Source: an uncultured Aliarcobacter sp.
GTDB lineage: Bacteria > Campylobacterota > Campylobacteria > Campylobacterales > Arcobacteraceae
Reading direction: 5' to 3'
Assembly (NCBI GenBank): GCA_963664305.2
Contig: CAXXLV010000002.1
Coordinates: 224,001-288,000 of the forward strand
Length of the DNA: 64,000 bases
The translations under genes were made by a program, and so were the position numbers. Below are positions 1 to 8,695 of the stretch, piece by piece. Under the pieces are notes generated by a model. That model was not told where the DNA came from and searched no databases. It was given only the letters and a program-made list of their open reading frames with translations. Positions within the stretch are counted from its first letter, which is position 1, and the number at the start of each line of letters is the position of its first letter.

Positions 1-287
1 AGTGATTTTTTATCAAGCAAACTTCTACCTAAATTTGTATGAACAATAATACCTGTTGCATTGATAACATTTTTTAAAGATGGAGTTGTTAACTCTTCAT
101 ATTTTTGTAAAACTTCATCTACTAAATTGTTTTCATCTATTTCTTTTATTTTTTCATTTAATATATTATTTCTTAGATTTTCAATGACTTCTTTTGTAAG
201 TTTAGTAACTAAAGTTTTTGATAATCCTTCGAAAGCCTTGTGTGTGATAAACCTATCAACCTTTGGAATGGATTTAAGTAAAATCAT
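1..287 (-). CDS. selA: L-seryl-tRNA(Sec) selenium transferase, 5' part (runs off window start)
   Basis: Not in the ORF track. Manual translation from ATG at 287 gives MILLKSIPKVDRF...LKNVINATGIIVHTNLGRS, containing the SelA INATG-x-VHTNLGR motif. Lies next to tRNA-Sec and selD. Confidence 0.93.
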   Translation of the reverse strand, partial: MILLKSIPKVDRFITHKAFEGLSKTLVTKLTKEVIENLRNNILNEKIKEIDENNLVDEVLQKYEELTTPSLKNVINATGIIVHTNLGRSLLDKKS

Positions 288-344
288 TTTTACCCTTTCA
301 GACGTTTTTAAAATTTTTTAATGTAATATTTCTTTTCTTTAAAT

Positions 345-443
345 GGGAGATAAGTGTACCTGGTGGGCACCACAGGCTTCAACCCTGATTGACGGTTTTT
401 GTGTAAACGCCGTGGGAGGTTCGATTCCTTCATCTTCTCGCCA
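345..443 (+). tRNA. selC: tRNA-Sec (anticodon UCA)
   Basis: GGGAGAT...CAGG-CT-TCA-AC-CCTG anticodon arm, long variable arm (ACGG...CCGT), GGTTCGATTCC T-loop and 3' CATCTTCTCGCCA with encoded CCA; 99 nt, between selA and selD. Confidence 0.96.
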
Positions 444-582
444 TTTTAGATTGAAAAGATTATATCTTAAACTTATTCATCTATACCTTAAAAGGTAAAT
501 TATAATTTACCAATAAAACCCCACTTTTTACCCACTTTTGAATATTAGAATTTATTAATAGATAGTATAAGGAATTTATTTT

Positions 583-909
583 ATGGAAAAATTATTTGTA
601 TATGGAACTTTAGCTCCAAATAAAACAAATGAACATATTTTAAAAGATTTAGAAGGAACTTGGGAATATTCAACTGTAAAAGGCAATCTATTAAAAGAAG
701 GATGGGCTTCTGATATGGGCTATCCAGGAATTGTTTTAGATGAAAAAGGAAAGAATATCCAAGGTTTAGTATTTTCATCAACTCAATTAAATGAAAAATG
801 GGATTTCTTAGATAACTTTGAAGGTAAAGAGTATAAAAGAGTTTTAACAAAAGCTAAACTTTTGACAGGTGAAGAAATAGAAGCTTATGTATATGCTTTA
901 AATAAATAG
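583..909 (+). CDS. Gamma-glutamylcyclotransferase (AIG2-like) family protein
   Basis: N-terminal LFVYGTL motif, GYPG, LDNFEG with the likely catalytic Glu, C-terminal AYVY; AAGGA RBS. Confidence 0.85.
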   Translation: MEKLFVYGTLAPNKTNEHILKDLEGTWEYSTVKGNLLKEGWASDMGYPGIVLDEKGKNIQGLVFSSTQLNEKWDFLDNFEGKEYKRVLTKAKLLTGEEIEAYVYALNK

Positions 910-982
910 ATTTTTTTAAATAAATTAAATGGTATGATTACAAAATAAAAACTAAAAATTATCTTTGTATAAAAGGAAAATA

Positions 983-1435
983 ATGAAAAAAATAGTTTTA
1001 GGTGTTATGGTTTTAGTAATTATTCTGGGAAGTGCCGTTTATTTAGATAAAGCTAAAAGTGTAGTGACAACTGAAAAAACTGAAAAAAGTGAGCAAGTAG
1101 AAAATAAAGAGATTAAATCAAATTTTGAAATTACAGAAGAAAAAGCCTTAAAAGGTGATGCTCAAGCTCAAAATGATTTAGGAAATATGTATGCGAATGG
1201 TACTGAAGTTGAACAATCTTATCAAGAAGCATTAAAACTATTTGAATCAGCAGCAAAAAAAGGTTATGCTCAAGCACAATTCAATCTTGGAACAATGTAT
1301 CAAAATGCAATTGGTGTTGATCAAGATTTTGAAAAAGCAGCAAAATACTACAAACTTGCAGCTTCTCAAGGACATGTAGAAGCAAAAGAGAATCTTCAAG
1401 TAATTTGTGAAGAAAATCCAGAACTTTGTAAATAA
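983..1435 (+). CDS. Sel1-repeat (TPR-like) membrane-anchored or secreted protein
   Basis: N-terminal hydrophobic segment, then AQNDLGNMYANG...A and AQFNLGTMYQNAIG...AA Sel1 repeats; start moved to the ATG after AAAGGA. Confidence 0.88.
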   Translation: MKKIVLGVMVLVIILGSAVYLDKAKSVVTTEKTEKSEQVENKEIKSNFEITEEKALKGDAQAQNDLGNMYANGTEVEQSYQEALKLFESAAKKGYAQAQFNLGTMYQNAIGVDQDFEKAAKYYKLAASQGHVEAKENLQVICEENPELCK

Positions 1436-1457
1436 GAAAGAGTTTTAACTCTTTCTT
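1434..1457. terminator. Bidirectional intrinsic terminator
   Basis: AAGAAAGAGTT-TT-AACTCTTTCTT inverted repeat between convergent Sel1 and selD stops. Confidence 0.7.
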
Positions 1458-2495
1458 TTAATGTACAATTATTGGAGTAATTCCTCTTGGAATTACATGA
1501 CCTATTATACTCGCATAACCAAAACTTAACTCTTCAAGTTCTTTTATATACTCTTTTGCATCTTCTTCTTTCATAGCTATTAATAAACCACCAGAAGTTT
1601 GTGCATCACAAAGTATTGCTTTACAATGACTTTGAAGATTATTTAAATATGTGATTTTATCATCTACATATTTCATATTTCTTTTTGTTCCACCTGGAAT
1701 TACATCATCATTTGCTAAATCAATTGCTTCTGTAACTACTGGTACACTATTACAAGAAATTGAAAAAGATACTAAATCATTTACACACTCTAAAGCATGT
1801 CCTAAAAGACCAAAACCTGTAATATCAGTACATGAACTTATCTCATATTTTCTCATTATTTTCGATGGTAAATAGTTCAAACTTGACATTATTTTCGCAC
1901 AATCTTTTATAAGATTTATTGGTAATAAATCTCTTTTTATAGCAGTTGTTAATATACCCATTCCAATAGGTTTAGTTAAAACTAAAACATGACCAATTTT
2001 TGGTGTATTATTTCTAACTATTTTATCTGGATGAATCATACCCGTAACTGATAATCCATAGTACATTTCTGGAGATTCTATAGTATGTCCACCTAATAAA
2101 ACTCCTCCACACTCTTTGATTTTTTCATTTCCACCATTTAATATAAGACCTAAAGCTTCTTTAGATATATTTTTTTTATCAAATCCAACTATATTCATGG
2201 CAGTTTTTACATCAGCTCCCATTGCAAATACATCACTAAGTGCATTTGCAGCAGCTATTTGTCCATAAACATATGGATCATCAACAACTGGTGTAATAAA
2301 ATCAAGTGTTTGTACTATTGCTTGAGAATCATTTATTTGATATACACTTGCATCTTCACTTGTATCAAATCCTACTAAAATTTTTTCATCCTCTGGCGTT
2401 AAGTGGCAAATTGTTTGTTTGAGATCCCCCGGACCCATCTTTGCAGCTCAACCAGCAGCTTGAACAAATTTAGTTAATTTATATTCATTGTTCAT
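1458..2495 (-). CDS. selD: Selenide, water dikinase (selenophosphate synthetase), selenoprotein with Sec at codon 16
   Basis: ATG at 2495 reads MNNEYKLTKFVQAAG-(TGA 2450-2448)-AAKMGPGDL, in frame with the 326-aa ORF. DFITP, GGHT, DITGFGLLGH and DAQTSGGLL motifs present. Confidence 0.96.
2406..2444 (-). promoter_or_regulatory. Candidate bacterial SECIS element of selD
   Basis: On the minus strand, a GGGUCC-GGG-GGAUCU stem-loop starts 11 nt after the UGA, with outer GCAAA/UUUGC pairing. Unusually GC-rich for this window. Confidence 0.7.
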
Positions 2496-2732
2496 AAAAA
2501 TTTATCCTTGCATTATATTGCAAAATTTAAGTAAGTATTATACTTAAGTATATTTAAAAATTAAGTTAAAAATAAGTAAATTTTTTTTTACTATTTAAGT
2601 GATGGTTTATAATTTATATATTAAAATTAGGCAAATTTAGTTCAAGACCATAGGTTATGGTTTGACGTAAAGAGAGCTATTACTTTCTTTATCTCTTAAT
2701 AGAACGCAAAAACTATTAGAGGTTATTCTAGC

Positions 2733-3827
2733 ATGAAAAGAAGAACATTTTTAAAAACAACAGCTGCATTATCAGGTGCTGTAATTTTATCTCCAAATAT
2801 TGCATTTGCTCAAGAAGAGACAAATCCATTTGGTATTACAAGTAAACCAAGAAAATTTTCATTTGTAAATAGTTATGATATCCCTTCAAGTGAAGAAGTA
2901 ACACAATTATGGATACCACTTCCAAAAGATGAAAGTTATCATAAAGTTGTAGATTTTGCCTATAAAGGTAATTTTGACGAAGCTAAAGTTGTTAAAAATG
3001 AGTATAACACGAGAGTTCTATATGTAAAATGGAATAAAAGTGATAAAAAAAAGGAATTAGAAGTTAATTTTGATGTAATCATGCAACAAAGAACAACAGA
3101 TTTTTCTAAAGCAACAGCAAGTACAGATTATCCAGATGAAGCATTGATTTATTTAAAAGGTACAGAACATATTCCTGTAACTTCAAATTTGCAAGCATAT
3201 GCAAAAAATATTACAAAAGATTCAAAAACACCATTAGAAAAAGCACAAGCTATTTATGATTGGACAGTTACAACAATGTATAGAGATGATAGTGTAAAAG
3301 GTTGTGGAATTGGTGATGCTAAAAAATCTTTAGAAGAAAAAATCTATGGTGGAAAATGTACAGATATTAGTTCAGTATTTGTATGTTTATTAAGAAACTC
3401 AGGAATTCCAGCTCGTGAAATTTTTGGAATTAGAGCAGGGCAATCTAAAATCTCAAATGCTTGTGGAAAAGCAAATGAAACTGGATTTGCAAATATGACT
3501 GGTGGACAACACTGTAGAGCGGAGTTTTATGTAGACGGTTTAGGTTGGGTTCCAGCAGATCCAGCTGATGTTACAAAAGTAAGACTTGCAGAAAAATTAA
3601 CAAATGAAGACCAAAAAATTAAAGATGTAAAAAAATATTTCTTTGGTTCATGGGAAATGAATTGGGTTGCATTTAATAGTGCAAGAGATTTTATCTTAAC
3701 TCCAAAACCAACACAATTTCCATTAAATATGTTAGGTTATCCTTATGCTGAAGTTGGTGAAGATGCTTTAGATTATTATGATGCAAAGAAATTTGCATAT
3801 ACATACTCTTCTCAAGAAAGAGCATGA
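2733..3827 (+). CDS. Tat-exported transglutaminase-like (Cys-His-Asp) protein
   Basis: MKRRTFLK twin-arginine signal with AFA cleavage site; GKCTD, QHCRAEF and GWVPADP motifs of the transglutaminase-like core. Confidence 0.88.
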   Translation: MKRRTFLKTTAALSGAVILSPNIAFAQEETNPFGITSKPRKFSFVNSYDIPSSEEVTQLWIPLPKDESYHKVVDFAYKGNFDEAKVVKNEYNTRVLYVKWNKSDKKKELEVNFDVIMQQRTTDFSKATASTDYPDEALIYLKGTEHIPVTSNLQAYAKNITKDSKTPLEKAQAIYDWTVTTMYRDDSVKGCGIGDAKKSLEEKIYGGKCTDISSVFVCLLRNSGIPAREIFGIRAGQSKISNACGKANETGFANMTGGQHCRAEFYVDGLGWVPADPADVTKVRLAEKLTNEDQKIKDVKKYFFGSWEMNWVAFNSARDFILTPKPTQFPLNMLGYPYAEVGEDALDYYDAKKFAYTYSSQERA

Positions 3828-4150
3828 CTAAAAGTTTATTTCCAATAATAGGTGCAGTTTTAACTGCACTATTATCAACAGTATGCTGTTTGCCAGCTTT
3901 TTTATTTCTTTTTTTTGGAATATCAAGTGGAGTTTTAACATACTTTACAACGTTAGAATATACTAGAATTCCCCTTGCTATTCTAACTATAGTATTATTT
4001 GTTTTTGCCTTTAAAAATTTGAAAAAGAAAATATCTTGTCAATGTTCAAAAAAAGAGATTTTTAAACAATATTTTGTTTTTTCTTTATTTTTTATATTGA
4101 TAGTTAGTTTACTTTTTTATCCTGAATTTATATCTTATTTTATGGATTAG
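3824..4150 (+). CDS. MerT-like three-TM metal transporter
   Basis: STVCCLP Cys pair in the first TM, CQC in the loop, three hydrophobic segments; ATGA overlap with the upstream gene. Confidence 0.75.
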   Translation: MTKSLFPIIGAVLTALLSTVCCLPAFLFLFFGISSGVLTYFTTLEYTRIPLAILTIVLFVFAFKNLKKKISCQCSKKEIFKQYFVFSLFFILIVSLLFYPEFISYFMD

Positions 4151-4153
4151 ATT

Positions 4154-4432
4154 ATGAAAATAGTTGTTTTATTTTTTTTATTAGTTTGTTCTAGTTTTGC
4201 CTCAAAAATTTCAGTTATCAAAGTAGAAAGAATGCATTGTCCTTTATGTACAACAGCTGTTAAAAAGGCCATAAAAGAGCTTGATGGAATAGAAAAAGTA
4301 AGTGCAATATTAAATACAAAAGAAGTAACTGTTATTTATGATGAAAAAGTAAAAATGGAAGATTTATTAAAAGCCATAAAAACAACTTCTTATGAAGGTG
4401 TTGAAATCTCAACTAAAGAGAGTTCTAATTAA
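4154..4432 (+). CDS. Periplasmic heavy-metal-associated (HMA, MerP/CopZ-like) protein
   Basis: Signal peptide followed by the MHCPLC metal-binding loop and an HMA-type pattern. Confidence 0.85.
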   Translation: MKIVVLFFLLVCSSFASKISVIKVERMHCPLCTTAVKKAIKELDGIEKVSAILNTKEVTVIYDEKVKMEDLLKAIKTTSYEGVEISTKESSN

Positions 4433-5300
4433 AAAACTCTTTTAGTTTTTGGCTTACTTCATTTGGTTTTTCTTCTGGTAAAAAATGCCCACAATCTAAA
4501 GCTTCTCCACTTACATCAAAAGCATACTCTTTCCAAACATTTAAAACATCATAAGTTCTATTTACAAAACCTTTTTCTCCCCATAATACAAGTAAAGGAG
4601 TAGATATTTTTCTATTTCTATCTTTTTCATCATCACTCATATCAATTGAAGCACCAGCTCTATAATCTTCGCAAGTTGCATGAATAGAGTCTTTATCAAA
4701 ACATCTTACATATTCTTCAATTGCTTCTTTATCAAAAATAGAACCTTTTGCACTCCATCTTTTTAGTTTTTCTTCTAAATAGTATCTTGGATTATTGCCA
4801 ATCATTGTTTCAGGTAAAAAATCAGGTTGTATTAAAAAAAACCAATGATAATAACCAGTTGCAAAAGCTTGGTTTGTATTTTTAAACATATGATAAGTTG
4901 GAGTAATATCCATAACACAAGCTTTTAAGATATTGTTTGGATAATCTAAACACATCCTATGAGTTACCCTTGCACCTCTATCGTGACCTGCTACAAAAAA
5001 TTTATCAAAGCCTAATTTTTGCATAAGAGTAATCATATCTTTTGCCATAGATTTTTTTGAATAAAGTATATGATTTTCATCACCTTTGGGTTTAGAACTA
5101 TCCCCATAACCTCTTAAATCAGGACAAATAATATAATATTTTTTAGATAGGTCTTTTACAACATTATGCCACATAATATGTGTTTGAGGATAACCATGTA
5201 TTAGTAATAAAGGCTTACCTTCTCCTCCATGAGTTACATTTATAAAAATATCATCTTCAACTAAAATTTTTTCATTTTTAAACTCTTTTGGAAAAAGCAT
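4425..5300 (-). CDS. Alpha/beta hydrolase, fluoroacetate/haloacetate dehalogenase-like
   Basis: HGYPQTH, DLRGYG, GHDRGARV (Asp nucleophile + two Arg), YYHWFF, CEDYRA and GHFLPEE motifs. Confidence 0.82.
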   Translation of the reverse strand: MLFPKEFKNEKILVEDDIFINVTHGGEGKPLLLIHGYPQTHIMWHNVVKDLSKKYYIICPDLRGYGDSSKPKGDENHILYSKKSMAKDMITLMQKLGFDKFFVAGHDRGARVTHRMCLDYPNNILKACVMDITPTYHMFKNTNQAFATGYYHWFFLIQPDFLPETMIGNNPRYYLEEKLKRWSAKGSIFDKEAIEEYVRCFDKDSIHATCEDYRAGASIDMSDDEKDRNRKISTPLLVLWGEKGFVNRTYDVLNVWKEYAFDVSGEALDCGHFLPEEKPNEVSQKLKEFFN

Positions 5301-5309
5301 AATTATCCT

Positions 5310-5975
5310 TTAAATATTTTCTAAAGCACTCTCATTAAATCTATAAGTTTTGTGTTGAACTTTTACTAAGATGTTTTTTTCTGCTAAATCTTTAAATAGT
5401 TTGATTAATGTTGGTTTTGAAATGGAAAACTTTTCCATAATATCTGTATAAGAAGCAACAAATAGATTTTCATTATCTAAACTATTAATTATAAATTTTA
5501 CAATTTCAACTTGTTTACTATCAGTAATTGCAGAGATTGTTTTTATAACATTGTTATTTTTTCTAATCTCTTTTTCTTGAATAATTGGAAGTAACACTTC
5601 ATGTAAAGTATTTAATAACTCTTTCAAATTTATAGGTTTTACAATATAGTTTTCAACCTTTAATTTGATAGCTTCAAGTAGATAGTTTGTATCTGTGTGG
5701 GCTGTTGTAAGTATTGTTGGAATATTGATATTTTTATTTTTAATGTGCTTTAAAAAATCTATCCCATTTTCATCTTTTAGTAAAATATCAGAAATAATTA
5801 CATCAACTTTTTTATTTAATAAAACATCAAGAGCTTCTTTAGAAGTTTTTACAGCATAAATATTGTTTACAAAATCTTCTAATACATCACTCGTATGTTT
5901 TAATAAACTTTCATCATCTTCAAGATATAAAACATTAAAGTTGTGTAAAATATTCAAATCTTTATTTATCATCAT
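5310..5975 (-). CDS. Response regulator (REC + winged-helix output domain)
   Basis: LYLEDD, ISDI, LTTAH and YIVKP receiver motifs; C-terminal HTH (YTDIMEKFSISKPTLIKLFK). Confidence 0.88.
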   Translation of the reverse strand: MMINKDLNILHNFNVLYLEDDESLLKHTSDVLEDFVNNIYAVKTSKEALDVLLNKKVDVIISDILLKDENGIDFLKHIKNKNINIPTILTTAHTDTNYLLEAIKLKVENYIVKPINLKELLNTLHEVLLPIIQEKEIRKNNNVIKTISAITDSKQVEIVKFIINSLDNENLFVASYTDIMEKFSISKPTLIKLFKDLAEKNILVKVQHKTYRFNESALENI

Positions 5976-7551
5976 TTTTCTCACTAGATTCAGTTATTGG
6001 TATTTTTATTGTAAATAATGAGCAATTAAAAACTTTGTCATCTTTTATTTTATGTAAAATATTTTTACAAAAAATCTCGCCATTCATATGTTTTTCAATA
6101 ATTTGTTTTGACATATAAAGTCCGATACCTGTTCCTGCACTTTTATATTTTGTTGTGTAATATGGCTCAAAAACCTTTGGTAGAACCTCATTTGGGATTC
6201 CTCCACCATTATCAACAATATTTACTACAAGACTATTTTTAAACTTATTTACAATAATTTTGATAATTCTATCATTTTTGTCAACATTAGAAGATAAAGC
6301 GTCTTTTGAATTTGAGATAATATTTAAAAAAACATGTGATAATTCATTGTAATAGCTATTGATTTTTACGTCTTTTCTAACTTTTAATTGAACTTTTATT
6401 TCTTCTTGATTTAGAAAATATTTTGATAATTCTATTGAGTGTTCTATACAATTTTTAACACTAAATTCACTTTTTATTTTATTTGGTGAGAAAAAATTTC
6501 TAAAATCATCTAAAGTATTTGACATATTAGAAGCTAATAACAAAGCATCATTTACTTTTTCTTCAACAAATGAAGGAGTTAATTTTCCTAAAGACATTTT
6601 TGTTTGAAAACTTTGAATAATCATAGTAATGGAACCAAGAGGTTGACGCCATTGATGAGCTATGTTATTTAACATTTCTCCCAAAGAGGCAAATCTTGCT
6701 TGTTGGAACATTATGATATCTTTTTTTCTATTTTGAGCAACCTCTTTAGAAATCTTTATTTCAAGATAGTTATTTAACTCTTGTAACTCTTTTGTTTTTT
6801 CTTTTACTTTCTCTTCTAAAGAGTTATGAAGATTTTTAAAGTGGTTGATTATATAAAACGATAAGATTATAGAAAATAGGAAAACTATAAAAATAGAGAT
6901 AATTGAAAAAATCAGAATGATGTTAAATATTTTATCAGTATTTCTTTTTTCATTTATTGCTAAAGATAAATCATAGTTAATCAAACTTGTTAAATAAATA
7001 GAAAGAGCATTTACTTGTAAATCTAAATTTGAATAAAATTTATCATCTTTTTCAAGATTTATTTTAGATATATGTTCTTTGATGATTTGCATTTTTTTAT
7101 CTATATTTTTCAAAATAGAAGTTTTTAAAGTATTGTTTTCATAATAATTTTCTTCTTTTATTATGAATAATTTAATAAAAGTTGTAAGTAATTCTTTATT
7201 TTCAACCTTTATTTGATTTTGATATAAATCCCAATTTTTATTTATAATTTCTAATCCTAAATTTAATATCTCATTTGCTTGTTCATAAGAAATTTGTTTT
7301 TTTTCTATATCATTTAAAGTTTCTTGAATATTTACTTGATAGGTATCTTTTATATTTTCAAGCTCCATCAAACTTTTTGTTCTTTTATCAAATAAAATAT
7401 CAAAATCATTTTTTATAGTAAAAATAGAAATTTGAGAAAGAATAATAATACAAATCATCCCCCCAGCAATAATAAAAATAAGAAAAGCTGTTTTGTATTT
7501 GAAATTTAGATTATTAAAATAATTAAGAAGACTATTAAATTTATTTTTCAT
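5962..7551 (-). CDS. Sensor histidine kinase
   Basis: Two TM segments, H-box IAHQWRQP, N-box NIISNSKD, DNGGG and GTGIGL. Confidence 0.93.
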   Translation of the reverse strand: MKNKFNSLLNYFNNLNFKYKTAFLIFIIAGGMICIIILSQISIFTIKNDFDILFDKRTKSLMELENIKDTYQVNIQETLNDIEKKQISYEQANEILNLGLEIINKNWDLYQNQIKVENKELLTTFIKLFIIKEENYYENNTLKTSILKNIDKKMQIIKEHISKINLEKDDKFYSNLDLQVNALSIYLTSLINYDLSLAINEKRNTDKIFNIILIFSIISIFIVFLFSIILSFYIINHFKNLHNSLEEKVKEKTKELQELNNYLEIKISKEVAQNRKKDIIMFQQARFASLGEMLNNIAHQWRQPLGSITMIIQSFQTKMSLGKLTPSFVEEKVNDALLLASNMSNTLDDFRNFFSPNKIKSEFSVKNCIEHSIELSKYFLNQEEIKVQLKVRKDVKINSYYNELSHVFLNIISNSKDALSSNVDKNDRIIKIIVNKFKNSLVVNIVDNGGGIPNEVLPKVFEPYYTTKYKSAGTGIGLYMSKQIIEKHMNGEIFCKNILHKIKDDKVFNCSLFTIKIPITESSEKNDDK

Positions 7552-8695
7552 TTTTAATCTCTTCAAATTTATTATTTTTGTATTCAAAAAGGTAAATTTT
7601 ATTTAAAAGTTGAGTATTTTTAAACTCAAGGGGAATTCCATCTAAAAGGCTTTTAGGTGTTGTTTTAATCATGTAGATAAATTTTTCTCTTGTTATTTCA
7701 CCTTTTATTCTAGAGATTGCATTTATTAAAACTTTAGCACCTAAAAAAGTTTCTAAAGATAAAAATCCCAATTCTTCTTGTGGATAATATTTTTTCATCA
7801 AAGTTTGATATTCAACAACTGATGGAATTGAACTATCCATATAATTTGGAACTACTTGAGAAAAAATAAGATTGTTTGTATTTGTATTTAATCTTTTTAG
7901 TTCAGCTATCATTGAATTTGCATCTCCAAAAGAGATATTACAAAAAATCACATCTTTTAGATTTTCATTTTCTTTTGCTTTTTTTATAAATAAAGAGTTT
8001 GTTTTATAGGCTCCAACCATAAAAATCACTTCAGGTTTTGCATTTTTTATCTCATTTAAAGCATGAGTAATTGATAAAGTATTTCTTTTGTATGAACCTT
8101 CAGCTACTAAACTTAGATTTTTTCTTTTTAGTGCATCTAAAACAGAGATATAACCTTCTTCTCCATAGTCATCATTTTGATAAAAAACAGCAATTTTTTT
8201 TAGATTTTTTTTATAGATAATATAATTCATTAAAGCTTCAATTTCTTGGTCATAAGAAGCTCTAAAATTTATAAAATTTTCATTATGATTATCTCTTAAA
8301 AAAGAGGCTCCTGTAAAAGCAGAAAATAAAGGTACATTTTCATCATATAAAATTGGAAGAACTCTTTTAACAGTTGGTGTTCCTACTAAACCAAAAAGAG
8401 TAAAAACTTTATCTTTGAAAATTAATTTATTTACATTTTCAATAGTTAATTCTGGTTCATATTTATCATCATAAGTTAAAAATTCAATTTTTTTATTTTT
8501 GATTAAATTTTTTTCATTTGCAAAGTTGAAATAGCTATTTGCTCCACTAGTTACAGCATTTCCCCAAGATTTAATTATTCCTGAACTAGGAATTGAAGAC
8601 CCAATAATAATTGTTTTATTTTTAAATACTTCATCTTTTATACACAAATAAGAAATAATAAAGATGATGATAACTATGAGTAATTTTTTTGACAT
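7541..8695 (-). CDS. Periplasmic ligand-binding protein (branched-chain amino acid/LIV-type fold)
   Basis: DDKYEP, GLVGTPT, FRASY and YQNDDYG motifs. No permease or ATPase adjacent; overlaps the kinase gene. Confidence 0.82.
   Translation of the reverse strand: MSKKLLIVIIIFIISYLCIKDEVFKNKTIIIGSSIPSSGIIKSWGNAVTSGANSYFNFANEKNLIKNKKIEFLTYDDKYEPELTIENVNKLIFKDKVFTLFGLVGTPTVKRVLPILYDENVPLFSAFTGASFLRDNHNENFINFRASYDQEIEALMNYIIYKKNLKKIAVFYQNDDYGEEGYISVLDALKRKNLSLVAEGSYKRNTLSITHALNEIKNAKPEVIFMVGAYKTNSLFIKKAKENENLKDVIFCNISFGDANSMIAELKRLNTNTNNLIFSQVVPNYMDSSIPSVVEYQTLMKKYYPQEELGFLSLETFLGAKVLINAISRIKGEITREKFIYMIKTTPKSLLDGIPLEFKNTQLLNKIYLFEYKNNKFEEIKNEK

Noticed and set aside
61..321. 86-aa plus-strand ORF
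   Set aside because: Antisense shadow of selA, which has clear motifs on the minus strand.
3825..3848. Sec read-through of the transglutaminase TGA stop
   Set aside because: The TGA is part of an ATGA start/stop overlap; read-through meets TAA after six codons, and no SECIS-like hairpin is evident.
3824..4432. Classical mer mercury-resistance operon or transposon
   Set aside because: No merA, merR, merB or transposase in the window.
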